From Calditrichia bacterium (GTDB lineage Bacteria > Calditrichota > Calditrichia > RBG-13-44-9 > J075), in NCBI GenBank assembly GCA_050633245.1, contig JBOEGD010000002.1:119006-183005 (forward strand): a stretch of 64,000 bases of DNA, in the 5' to 3' direction. Shown here piece by piece: positions 31,839 through 41,459 of the stretch. Within the stretch, counting starts at the first letter, position 1. Each line of letters begins with the position of its first letter. A model generated the notes under the pieces. The model saw nothing but the letters and a program-made list of their open reading frames with translations, did not search any database and had not been told where the DNA came from. The position numbers and the translations under genes are program-made.

Positions 31839-32324
31839 TTATTTCTCTCGAATAGTCAATAAGCGTAGCTTGTTGTATTCCGACGAGCCACACGTATATA
31901 TCACCTTAAACAAGGTTTGAAAGGGTATGGTTTCATCTGCAACAACAATTACTTCATGAGTAAAGGGAATTGCGTAATTAACCTCATTTCGCTTTGCTTC
32001 TTCTGCTCGGCGAGCAAGCTCGGTAAACAGAGGCGTTATGATAGCGAGATTCTGATCAATACTGCCAACTTCCATGACCGCTTCATCGGATACCAAAATA
32101 TTCTCTCTGGTAATCGATACCGTCAGTTCCTTTTCCGGAGACTGTATACTCAGCGAGTAAGGCAGCTTCAAGTCGCTGGAAGGCGAAATAATAGCTCCCG
32201 ACGTTGAGTACGTCTTCAGCAGGAACAGCAGAATAATGGTCATGGCATCCATCATCGATGTGAGGTTTAGCTCTTCATCGGTGCTGGTTTTGTGCTTTTT
32301 AGCTCTTGATGGTACAAATGCCAT
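31839..32324 (-). CDS. exbD: ExbD/TolR family protein (AglS-like)
   Basis: LNLTSMMDAMTIILLFLLK TM helix with the conserved Asp; VVADETIPF. Confidence 0.88.
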   Translation of the reverse strand: MAFVPSRAKKHKTSTDEELNLTSMMDAMTIILLFLLKTYSTSGAIISPSSDLKLPYSLSIQSPEKELTVSITRENILVSDEAVMEVGSIDQNLAIITPLFTELARRAEEAKRNEVNYAIPFTHEVIVVADETIPFQTLFKVIYTCGSSEYNKLRLLTIREK

Positions 32325-32353
32325 TCGGTTATTTCCTTATCAATAAAGTCGTG

Positions 32354-32902
32354 TTAGATAACCTGTCCAATATTTATCTGCGGAAACAGTTCTTGCTCAG
32401 TTCCGGTTGAGTCTTCATATACGGTAATGAAGTCAATCAACTTAATAACATGCTTGTATTCAATGTCTGCCTCAGCAGAAATGATTACGCTCTTATCATC
32501 GACAAAACCCTTACCTTTAATAGCCTCTTTTATTTCGCCAAGCTTCGTCTGAAGCTCTGCAAAGTCGTAAGAGCCATCGGTATTAATGCCAATGGTTGGG
32601 TCGCTTTCCGTACTTGCCTCACCGGTAAGATATCCGGCACGGTTACCAACATAGACACCGTTTTTAGACAGGATTACTGTCAGTTGAAACCGCTTTTCCT
32701 TCTCAACCTCTTCGCCCGGAGCGCGGCTATCGCCACTTGTGCTTGCAGGCGGGAGATTCAATTCCCGGACAGACAGTTTTACAAACTCAGCGCTATACAG
32801 CAAGATCGGAATCAACACCACCATCAGGTTCATGACGGGCCGAATATCCAACGGGATCTCAGCGATCTTGTTGGTCGAGCGCATGGATGGTTTAAATGCC
32901 AT
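32354..32902 (-). CDS. exbD: ExbD/TolR family protein (AglQ-like; Asp replaced by Asn)
   Basis: LDIRPVMNLMVVLIPILL TM helix; IISAEADIEYKHVIKLID. Confidence 0.85.
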   Translation of the reverse strand: MAFKPSMRSTNKIAEIPLDIRPVMNLMVVLIPILLYSAEFVKLSVRELNLPPASTSGDSRAPGEEVEKEKRFQLTVILSKNGVYVGNRAGYLTGEASTESDPTIGINTDGSYDFAELQTKLGEIKEAIKGKGFVDDKSVIISAEADIEYKHVIKLIDFITVYEDSTGTEQELFPQINIGQVI

Positions 32903-32923
32903 AGCTTCTATCCAATCTTAATA

Positions 32924-33589
32924 TTAACGGTTGCCGGTAATTAGGTTAATTAGCTTTACCAGATGCTCATCCATATCGTCGATAATCTGAGCTGTTTTGT
33001 TCTGAATTACGTTGTATGCTACAATTGTCGGAATCGCTACTGCCAAACCAAAAATTGTAGTGTTCATCGCGGTCGAAATACCTGAAGCCAACAGTCGAGT
33101 CTTCTGGTCGTCCGGAATCTCTGCGCTACCTACAGCGGCAAACGCGATGATCAGACCGTAAATCGTTCCCATCAAACCGGTAAGAGTGGCAATATTGGCA
33201 ATCATCGAAAGATAATTGGTGCGTCTCTGCAGTTTCGGGATCACTTCCAGTGTGCCTTCATCGACAGCATTCTGGATAGAGCGGAAGTCCAGGCTCTCGC
33301 TCTCGGCGACGCGCTTTAGACCAGCCAAAACTACATACGGCAGGGCTTTCTGCTTTCCGGCTTCACAAAGCTCGATAGCGCGCTTAATGTTACCACTGGT
33401 TACATACTTGCGAATTTCCATCATAAACTTATCAGAGTTTACGTTAGAGCGAACCATTACGTAGTAAATTCGCTCTGCAGCAATCGCAACAGCAACCACC
33501 AGAAAGAACAGGATTAACCACATGAACGCGAAGCCATCCGAAGATGTGCTAAATGACTTAAAAAACTCGTTCCAAAACTGGGTTCCCAT
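32924..33589 (-). CDS. exbB: MotA/TolQ/ExbB proton channel protein (AglR-like)
   Basis: AIAAERI, ATLTGLMGTIYGLIIAF, GISTAMNTTIFGLAVAIP; AAGGAG RBS before ATG 33589. Confidence 0.92.
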   Translation of the reverse strand: MGTQFWNEFFKSFSTSSDGFAFMWLILFFLVVAVAIAAERIYYVMVRSNVNSDKFMMEIRKYVTSGNIKRAIELCEAGKQKALPYVVLAGLKRVAESESLDFRSIQNAVDEGTLEVIPKLQRRTNYLSMIANIATLTGLMGTIYGLIIAFAAVGSAEIPDDQKTRLLASGISTAMNTTIFGLAVAIPTIVAYNVIQNKTAQIIDDMDEHLVKLINLITGNR

Positions 33590-33636
33590 AAAAAATTTCT
33601 CCTTGGTATTAAACAATCAAATAATGTAATCGTCGG

Positions 33637-33987
33637 TTAAAATCGCTTCTTATTTATCAGAATTTGGATATCATCAATCGAATTAATCTTGCCGCTTGTA
33701 TTCGGCGTGAATTTCAGTTCTTCGGATTTGCTTGAGAGTTCGGATGAGAAGCTTTTTTCTACCTTAACCTCGTCGAAATCGATTTTCTTACGCTTGTCGA
33801 GAATCTGCACCTGAGGCAGTTCGACGCGCGTATCTACAATTTGCGCTTCAAGTTGAATCACTTGTTGCGGGTTGTTAGCCCGACGGCGCTGCTGCGGTTC
33901 TTCCTGAGGCTCCTGTGGTTCCTGGGCAAATAGAACGCCACCACACAGAAGCATAAAAAATCCAATTCTCATTATTGAGTTTATCAT
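33637..33987 (-). CDS. Small secreted GltF/CglF-like protein
   Basis: Signal peptide, low-complexity QEP linker, then VIQLEAQIVDTRVELPQVQIL...EKSFSSEL, resembling the GltF pattern (I-x-G-x-x-x-x-P ... SF-x-x-EL); lies directly upstream of exbB. Confidence 0.6.
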   Translation of the reverse strand: MINSIMRIGFFMLLCGGVLFAQEPQEPQEEPQQRRRANNPQQVIQLEAQIVDTRVELPQVQILDKRKKIDFDEVKVEKSFSSELSSKSEELKFTPNTSGKINSIDDIQILINKKRF

Positions 33988-34000
33988 CGCTCGTGCCTTT

Positions 34001-37000
34001 CTAATCGACAATGCGATTTTTATTTAAAGTCACAGTTTTACGTAGCGTAGCTGGATTGATATCGCTTTGCTGCGTCTGACGTATTTTATTAATCGTGTCA
34101 GTTATTTCGCCAGGAAGCAGCTTTACGGAAAGGTGGAATTTAAGCCCATATCGCGGCTCCCCATCAAAATCCGTCACAGAAACAGAAATCAGGTTTTCAC
34201 CTTGCTTCAGAAATTCACTGAACGTTGAGAAGCGAATCACGTCTGCCCGCTCAAATGAATCGTTATCTTTACCATTAATGTAAATGTCATTTATATAGAG
34301 GCGGTAGCTGTCGTCACCGGAAACCGCAATATACCCATCAATTGCGTTGTTAGACAGATAAAATCGCTTTCTATAATACGCCGTCAGCGTGTCGCCAGCC
34401 AGTGCGGCCATGGCAGAATCGCTTAAGGCACCTGCATCAGGTGGAAACAGAACGGAGTCCTGACCGGAAGCGGACAGGGAATCACTATTCAGTCGATCCT
34501 GCATTTCCAGTGGGTTTCCACCAAAACCGCCCGTGCTACCAGAGGCCAGTGAGGCAACCCAAACCGCCTGCGGAGCAACCTGAAGTGAATCGAAAACCGG
34601 CGACTTTACGTCAAACGGCAGATCAACCTGAGCTACACGACCTAAACCGGTGTCGATAAACTCTTCCAGGTTCCAACCCGGGCTATATGCCGTAGTTGCT
34701 GTCCATGACGTATCGGATTGCACGACCACTTCTTCTTTCGGCAAATCTTCCAGGTAGGTTGCGGGATCGATTTCAACGAGCTTAGCCAGCGTCAGACGAG
34801 TCCACACGTTCTCGATTTCAAGTTCTTTACTAATGTCATAGACAAAACCAAAGATCTCTTCAGAGTAGCCTTTCAGCTCAAATGCCTGATCGTCAAAGAA
34901 GGTACTACCAAGCTGGTAGTTCTCATTTTGAGTCGAGTCGAAACGCGTGATAAAATACTCACTCTTCGCGGTCGGCAACTCAGCAAGTTTCTGCAGCGTC
35001 TCGCCAGCTTCATAACCGAAGTTGAACATAGACTGCTGGGTCGTCTGCTTGGCGTCGTTATTAATATTGTTATCCTGAGCAACCTGCAGTGTCACCTTAT
35101 ACTGATTCATGGCAATCTTCGAGAACTGATTCGTGAAGAACGTCAGCTGCATCAAATAATTGTCCTGGAAATCATAGTAGTCCATGCCATCCTGAGTGCG
35201 GCTTTCTTCACCACCCTCAATCAGCTGGTCGAGTGTCGGAACAGATACTTCGTAAATGTCCACAGCCCGCTGGAACAAAGCTTCGTATTCCTGCGCCAGA
35301 ATGTTGCGAGCCAATAACACTTTACGTTTCGATTCTTCAACGTATTTATTTTCCAGCTTTAACTCTTCCGAGACGGCAATGTTTTTCAGATGTGCCTCAA
35401 TGGTGGTCTGCACCTGCGGTGCAACCAACTGTTTCAACACCTGATCTTCAAACACCAATGCGCGAATACCGCTATTCGGGTTTTCAACCCGTAGATACTC
35501 TGTAACAAAGTCGGAGGACTTTTCAGCAACCTGATATTGAATCAAAGAGATCTTCTCTTTCGCGCGATCATACCACTTCAGCGCAACAGCAGTACTGCTA
35601 TCTGCTTCAATCTCTTTCTTAACAAGCGCAGAATCCTGTAGCGCGATAAGAGAGTCCACATTGACGGTCTCTTCAGTGCGTACATTAGAGCTATCAAGGC
35701 TAATCTCGAGTTTTTCCGCCAGAACCGGCAGATTGATCAGCACGTTTTTATACTCTTCCACAGCGCGGTCATAGGCCGGCACGGCTGCCTTAAAGACACG
35801 ATCCTCTTCGACCAAACGCTTGTCGCGCGCCAGACTCGGATCGAGTTCCTGATTGGCAATCGCGTTAGCGAATTCTTCATAAGATTCAGCGATGCGATAC
35901 ATGGCTTCAAAGCTGCGAATGGAGCCTAGCCCGATTACACGGGTAAAGGTTTCCTGAACTTCGTCCAGCTTGCTACGCTTCTGATCGAGCAGTTTGCGCA
36001 GTTCTTTCTGAGGATAGCCGAGAGAAATAGCTTTGTATTCGGTATAGAGGATTTCACCGAGCTTATAGTTTGCTTCCGCAGAATAAAACAAATTTGGATC
36101 GCGACCGGCTCGTGCAAAGTTATTGCTGCGGTCAATAGCCTTATTAAACTCTGCTTTGGCAAGCGTAAAGTCACTCTGATCAAAATAGTATACACCACGG
36201 TTGTAGAATGCTTCAACCGTTAGCGGGTCATTTGGGTAGAGCGAGGCAAATTCTTCGTAAATCTGATTGGCGCTGGCCAAATCGTCCAGCTTCAGATAAT
36301 ATTTTGCATTTTCAAACAACAGGTCCTTCGATTCCGGATTAGACGGATAGGACTTGATATAGACGTTGTTCGCACGAATCGCCTCCTGCCAGGCTTCTGC
36401 TTTATCGTAGAACAGACTTGCATTAAACAAAGCGTTCTCAGCTTCTTTGGTGCCCGGGAATGTATCGTAAATGCGCTCATTGGTGCGAGCAACATTCAGG
36501 AAATCTTCCAATTCTTTATAGTCAGCAGCAATGTTGTTTAGTGCCGGCAATACCTGCTTCGATTCGGTGAAGTTATTCACCAGAAGTTCGTAGGTTTCAA
36601 TAGCACGGAGCCATTCATCGGCCTGCTCATAATTTCTGGCGCCCTTAAATAAAGAGAGATCGACAAAGGTTACGTACTCAGAGGCTTCCTCATACACGCG
36701 GATATATTCTTTCGCGGCATCGAGGTAGCGCTCTTCCTGCTCGAGCTTTTCACCATTTTTATAGATAGACTCACCGATACGGTTTTTAGCAATTTCAACC
36801 TGCTCTTGCGGAATATCCGGAGTGGTAAGAATTTTTTTCGCTACTACCTCAGCATCACGATACTGTCCCAAAAAGAAGTAACTGTTCATCAGCGAGATTA
36901 AGCCAATGCTTTTCTGCTGGGCACCCGGGAATTTCGTGACCATGGTTTTGTAGTATTTCTTCGCGAGATCGAACTGTCGGTGATTGTAATACAGTGCACC

Positions 37001-38794
37001 GGCAGCAGCCAGAACAGAAGGTGTTTCCGGAGAATCCGGGAACAGCTTAATGAAGTTGTCGTAGGCTTCAGCAAGCAAGTTTTCTTCCTGAGAAAGATCT
37101 TTCGAAGGAAGGCGATTCGCCAGCTGATCTCCGGCAAGAATCGTCGGATCATCAGCGGCACGGGCAATTTTAACCAGCGTATCGGCGGCGTTAATTGCGT
37201 TTACTGCGGCATCGAGCTGATGATTGGTTTCCAGATAGTCATTACTTACACGTATGTATTCAGTAAATGCTTCTTCGAAGCGGCTCAGCTTCGTATCGAG
37301 TACAAAAGCCAACGCCCAGTTAATCTCGTAAGCATTTTCATCTGTCGGATAATTCTCCAGATAGCGATTACAAAGGTTTACAAACTCTTCATAGTTCGCC
37401 ACAGCCGATTCTCCTTCGCTCTCGCGCTCGGAAGAAACGGTGAACAAATAGTTAATATTTGTGCGGAAGGCTTCCTCGGTAATACGATAGGCTTCGTCCA
37501 GGGCTGCAATTCGGCCTTGAATGTTGCGCTGCTCAAGCTGCGCATACCACTCGGATTTCGGATTATAGCTTTCGAACAGCATCTTACGTTCATCAAAGGC
37601 GCGCACATACTGCTCATCAGCGATAAACGCATCGGCAATCTTTTTCTGCACACGCGGAGCATAAGCATGACCCGGATACATATCCAGCAGCTGGGAATAA
37701 GCGCTGATTGCCTCATCCCACTTGGTGATCTTCGCGTAGCGATCTCCCATGTTCTCCATAACATCAATCCCGAACTGTGGTCTATCGAGCTTCTCGATAA
37801 AACCTCGGGCATTATCTACACCGCTTTTTTTGTAGTTCGGGTCGATAAACGATGCTGCAATAAATTGCAAAGCTTCCGGCTTTACGTCTGCACGAACAAT
37901 CTCACCGGTAGGGTCAAGCTCCTTCAGCTTATCTATGTCTTGCACAACCGCCATAAAGTGAATAATGGCATCGGTATAATAATCCGGGTTTTCACCGGCA
38001 AGTCGATAGAAACTCCAGCCCAGCTTATAAAGGGCTTCGTCGTAACGTGGAGAATCTTTGTATTCCAACACGTTCTTGTAGAGCTGGATCGCTTTGTTCA
38101 GCTTCAGGATTGTGGTAGAAAGACTATCGCCGGGCTCGGGATAGAAAAAACTTTCTGCAAGCTTCATATAGGCTTCCGGAGCATATTTACTCTCCGGATA
38201 TTCATCGATAATCGTCTGGAAGATCTGACGCGACGCCACAGTCTCTTCCATTTCCTCAAGAAGATATGCTTTATTGTAATACGCATCATCTACCAGGTCC
38301 GACTCGGGAAAGTTCTTGATAATAAGATCGTAGATTGCAATAGCCTTCTCGTAATTCTGCTTTGGCTGCAGCGGTTCCGCCGGGGAGACAGATAGCTCTC
38401 CACCGTCAAAGGCTTTTTGCTGGCGTTCGTATTCAAGATACTTCTCGTCGTATTCGTCGAAGCGACGCTCAAACTCGAGATCTTCTTCTTCGATATAATA
38501 TTCAGCAACGCGAATGAGGATTTTATCCTGATTCGAGTTTTCTTCTTTGGTTTTACCAAGAAACTCACGCGTCACGTCTACACCGCGCTCACGAATTTTT
38601 TCCTGGCTATCCAGTAATTTTTCACGCTCACCAGCAAGGATCTTTCGAATTTTAACCAGATCCTCTACCGAGTAGATATTGAGACTGGAATCTCCCAAAA
38701 ATTCTTCCTGAGCCTGTGTAAAATTTACGCACAGAGCACTCAGGATAAAGGCTCCTATCAAGGTCAGCCGGATTTTCTTCAGCATCATATTCAT
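34001..38794 (-). CDS. Giant periplasmic TPR protein (GltD/AgmU-like) with a C-terminal beta-sandwich domain
   Basis: Signal peptide; many TPRs (DDAYYNKAY, YAPEAYMKLAE, EALYKLGWSFY, NALFNASL); 1597 aa. Confidence 0.85.
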   Translation of the reverse strand: MNMMLKKIRLTLIGAFILSALCVNFTQAQEEFLGDSSLNIYSVEDLVKIRKILAGEREKLLDSQEKIRERGVDVTREFLGKTKEENSNQDKILIRVAEYYIEEEDLEFERRFDEYDEKYLEYERQQKAFDGGELSVSPAEPLQPKQNYEKAIAIYDLIIKNFPESDLVDDAYYNKAYLLEEMEETVASRQIFQTIIDEYPESKYAPEAYMKLAESFFYPEPGDSLSTTILKLNKAIQLYKNVLEYKDSPRYDEALYKLGWSFYRLAGENPDYYTDAIIHFMAVVQDIDKLKELDPTGEIVRADVKPEALQFIAASFIDPNYKKSGVDNARGFIEKLDRPQFGIDVMENMGDRYAKITKWDEAISAYSQLLDMYPGHAYAPRVQKKIADAFIADEQYVRAFDERKMLFESYNPKSEWYAQLEQRNIQGRIAALDEAYRITEEAFRTNINYLFTVSSERESEGESAVANYEEFVNLCNRYLENYPTDENAYEINWALAFVLDTKLSRFEEAFTEYIRVSNDYLETNHQLDAAVNAINAADTLVKIARAADDPTILAGDQLANRLPSKDLSQEENLLAEAYDNFIKLFPDSPETPSVLAAAGALYYNHRQFDLAKKYYKTMVTKFPGAQQKSIGLISLMNSYFFLGQYRDAEVVAKKILTTPDIPQEQVEIAKNRIGESIYKNGEKLEQEERYLDAAKEYIRVYEEASEYVTFVDLSLFKGARNYEQADEWLRAIETYELLVNNFTESKQVLPALNNIAADYKELEDFLNVARTNERIYDTFPGTKEAENALFNASLFYDKAEAWQEAIRANNVYIKSYPSNPESKDLLFENAKYYLKLDDLASANQIYEEFASLYPNDPLTVEAFYNRGVYYFDQSDFTLAKAEFNKAIDRSNNFARAGRDPNLFYSAEANYKLGEILYTEYKAISLGYPQKELRKLLDQKRSKLDEVQETFTRVIGLGSIRSFEAMYRIAESYEEFANAIANQELDPSLARDKRLVEEDRVFKAAVPAYDRAVEEYKNVLINLPVLAEKLEISLDSSNVRTEETVNVDSLIALQDSALVKKEIEADSSTAVALKWYDRAKEKISLIQYQVAEKSSDFVTEYLRVENPNSGIRALVFEDQVLKQLVAPQVQTTIEAHLKNIAVSEELKLENKYVEESKRKVLLARNILAQEYEALFQRAVDIYEVSVPTLDQLIEGGEESRTQDGMDYYDFQDNYLMQLTFFTNQFSKIAMNQYKVTLQVAQDNNINNDAKQTTQQSMFNFGYEAGETLQKLAELPTAKSEYFITRFDSTQNENYQLGSTFFDDQAFELKGYSEEIFGFVYDISKELEIENVWTRLTLAKLVEIDPATYLEDLPKEEVVVQSDTSWTATTAYSPGWNLEEFIDTGLGRVAQVDLPFDVKSPVFDSLQVAPQAVWVASLASGSTGGFGGNPLEMQDRLNSDSLSASGQDSVLFPPDAGALSDSAMAALAGDTLTAYYRKRFYLSNNAIDGYIAVSGDDSYRLYINDIYINGKDNDSFERADVIRFSTFSEFLKQGENLISVSVTDFDGEPRYGLKFHLSVKLLPGEITDTINKIRQTQQSDINPATLRKTVTLNKNRIVD

Positions 38795-38812
38795 AATTTC
38801 AGCACTTCCGGG

Positions 38813-41404
38813 TTAGCGGTTCTCCTCTTCCGTTTCCGATTCCCGCGTATCAAAATACGACTCGCGGAAGGAACGCTCGCGTTCAGCACGCAGCCTGGCC
38901 CGCTCTTCACGACGTGCTTTCATCGTCATGAAACGGATTTCGGCTTCGATCTTCTTGATCTTGCTTTCGATAACCTCTTTACGGTTATCCAGTTGCTTAT
39001 TGACACGATCCAACACATCCGCTACCTGAAGGAGGCGTCCCTGCATTTTTTGCTTCTGATCAAAGTATACATTAATTATGCCAAAAGCTCCCAGATCTCC
39101 CCAGCGATTAAATTCCGGGTAGGGATCTGCCTGAGTTTCGATGGCATACGTTTCAACAAGCACGCGATCGTATCGTTTGCGAATGTGCTCGAGACGGTCA
39201 TGTTTTTCTTCAAGACGGGTAACCATATCATATTGCCGCTCCAGCTTGGCAATACTAATGCGGTCTTGAATTTGCTGCAGCTTTCCGTCAATGTATGCCA
39301 TTTCGCCGGTAATCTCTTCACGCTTACGCATGATGTCGGCGTGCATAGCTGCTTCCTCTGCAACACTTTTACTTACAGGATAATCGTCGAACAAGTTAAC
39401 GCTCTGTGCTTCCTCCAGGATCTCTGGTGGAAATTCACGAAGTGCAGAAGCAAGACGATATTCCAGCGTATCAATTCGAATCAGTGCATTTTCATTCTGC
39501 ATCTCACGAGCGCGCAGTTTCAATGAGTTCAGCTCGCGAAGCTGCGTGATAAGTGAATTCACTTCACGATAAACCGATAGACCTGCGCCACTGGTTTCAG
39601 CAACATCAAGCCCCTGCTTACGCTCTTCGAGTTCACGCACCAATTTATCAGCCTTCAAATACGTTGCCTTATCATTTGCAGCCAGTGCTTTGTCTTTAAG
39701 TGTAAGTGCTTCGCGAAATTGCGATTCAACCATTTCGCGCTCACCAAGATATTCATCTATAGAGCCGCGTTTCACCTTGGTCTGATACACATCGCGATAC
39801 AGATCGATGGCAGCCAGTGGCTCATTTTCAAGCTGGTTAATATAGGCAAGTAGCCCGGTAGCTTCCATCTTATATGGAGAGCTGTAATATTCTTCATTTA
39901 GCGTCCGTGCATACAGGCGAGCCTGAGAGAAATCCTTAATCTCACCAGCGCTTTTGCTGCGTTCATTCTCAAAATGCGTCCAGGCAAGTGCATTCAGCAC
40001 GTTGTCGTAGGCAGTAAATTGCGGGTCGACTGCATTTAGATATAGAATGGCTTCGGAGTAATTTTTACGCTCGTATTCCAGAATGCCTAGCTTGTAGTAA
40101 GCACGGGCTTTAATGTAAGGCGGCGTCCGCTCGTCGGTAGACAACTGTACATAGCTGCGCACGGCATCATCCATAAGCTGACCGTCGGCATAGGCATTTC
40201 CGGTAAAATACTGCGCCAGGTGATAGTAGGCATGTCCATCAGGTACATTTGCCAGGGTTTCCACCGTGCGGTCGATATTGCCAAGCTGATAATATGCCAT
40301 GGCCATCAGAAACTGCACATCGTAATAGGTTGCCTGTTCGCTGCTTGCCACATTTTGATAGAGGCCGGCGTAGCGCACCGTTTCCTGTGGATTTTCCAGC
40401 GTATAGTTTATCTGGACAAGACGACTGTAAACTTCTGCAATGTAACCGGTTGACGGATACTCATTAATGAGAGACTTGTAATTCTCCTGAGCATGCATTA
40501 AGCGGTTGAGGGCAAAGTTGGATTCGCCACGATAGAAATACACATCATCCAGATTGGTAAAACCCATTCCGGAAAATGTCTCTATCAGGTCTCCGAGCAG
40601 GAGTTCCGTGAGGTCGTAGTCCCCGAAGTTAAACTGCGTATAGGCCACGTTCAACTGGCTGTTGAACATGCGTAGCAGCTCATCCGGAGTTGATGATTTC
40701 AGCAGATTACGTCGCGCTAACTGCACGTCGGCAAAACGCACGTTCAGCGTCACCTCATCGGTACGCTTCCACTCCACATACAAATCGTAGATTGTGGCTC
40801 GCGGACCTTCATCGGCAGGTACATCATTATTTACCTCGCCGAAGCTGCTGAGTAATCTGCTTTTGGAGTTTCCGATACGCTGCGTGAGTTCACCTTGATT
40901 TTGCTGAGTATCCAGCCGAATCATCTCTTCAGAAACGTAAAGAATCTGAAGTGCGTCTTCAAACACCTTCTTCTTCTTGAAGTTTACATCGCGAATGTTC
41001 ACGGTATAGCGGATGCGCTTCTCAAGTTCATCCACAAAGGTATCGAGTTCGCTGATATTTGCGCTATTGAGGCGGTCTTTGAGTTGGTCAATTTCGCTTA
41101 GCATACCACGCAGATCATCGAGGTATTTCTCTTTGGCCTCATTTGGATTACGCAGTCGCTGGGAAATCTCATCATTAACCAGACGCATTAGATTCAGCAG
41201 GAATTTTTCTTCGGATATCTTTCTCTCGCCATACCTGAGATACAGGTCGTAGACGTACCGATTGAGTTCAGCCTGGAACTCAAGATCGGTTACATACGAT
41301 ACTAGCTTCTGTAACTCTTCTTTATCAGATGATTGAGGAGGTAAGGCGTTAATAGTGGAAAAAGATACCAGTAAAAGAATCGAAACAAGGAGAATACGCC
41401 TCAT
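38813..41404 (-). CDS. Large periplasmic TPR/coiled-coil protein of the Agl/Glt-like cluster
   Basis: Signal peptide MRRILLVSILLLVSFSTINA; central TPRs (YFYRGESNF, AYYKLGILEY, LNALAWTHF); coiled-coil termini. Start at 41404 or 41413. Confidence 0.85.
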   Translation of the reverse strand: MRRILLVSILLLVSFSTINALPPQSSDKEELQKLVSYVTDLEFQAELNRYVYDLYLRYGERKISEEKFLLNLMRLVNDEISQRLRNPNEAKEKYLDDLRGMLSEIDQLKDRLNSANISELDTFVDELEKRIRYTVNIRDVNFKKKKVFEDALQILYVSEEMIRLDTQQNQGELTQRIGNSKSRLLSSFGEVNNDVPADEGPRATIYDLYVEWKRTDEVTLNVRFADVQLARRNLLKSSTPDELLRMFNSQLNVAYTQFNFGDYDLTELLLGDLIETFSGMGFTNLDDVYFYRGESNFALNRLMHAQENYKSLINEYPSTGYIAEVYSRLVQINYTLENPQETVRYAGLYQNVASSEQATYYDVQFLMAMAYYQLGNIDRTVETLANVPDGHAYYHLAQYFTGNAYADGQLMDDAVRSYVQLSTDERTPPYIKARAYYKLGILEYERKNYSEAILYLNAVDPQFTAYDNVLNALAWTHFENERSKSAGEIKDFSQARLYARTLNEEYYSSPYKMEATGLLAYINQLENEPLAAIDLYRDVYQTKVKRGSIDEYLGEREMVESQFREALTLKDKALAANDKATYLKADKLVRELEERKQGLDVAETSGAGLSVYREVNSLITQLRELNSLKLRAREMQNENALIRIDTLEYRLASALREFPPEILEEAQSVNLFDDYPVSKSVAEEAAMHADIMRKREEITGEMAYIDGKLQQIQDRISIAKLERQYDMVTRLEEKHDRLEHIRKRYDRVLVETYAIETQADPYPEFNRWGDLGAFGIINVYFDQKQKMQGRLLQVADVLDRVNKQLDNRKEVIESKIKKIEAEIRFMTMKARREERARLRAERERSFRESYFDTRESETEEENR

Positions 41405-41459
41405 AATCGTCACACCACTATTATCGTTAGATGGATTGCAGTTTAATCAACAAATTATG

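Noticed and set aside
30758-33616. Ordinary Tol-Pal or TonB-ExbBD iron-uptake locus
   Set aside because: No tolB, pal or TonB-dependent receptor is adjacent. Two dissimilar ExbDs, an AgmX/PglI-type C-terminus and giant TPR genes fit the Agl/Glt-type family better.
36980-38395. 471 aa plus-strand ORF, and similar long antisense ORFs such as 10824-11699, 20557-21174 and 46258-46917
   Set aside because: They lie entirely antisense to well-supported genes and have no recognisable motifs; these are codon-bias shadow ORFs.
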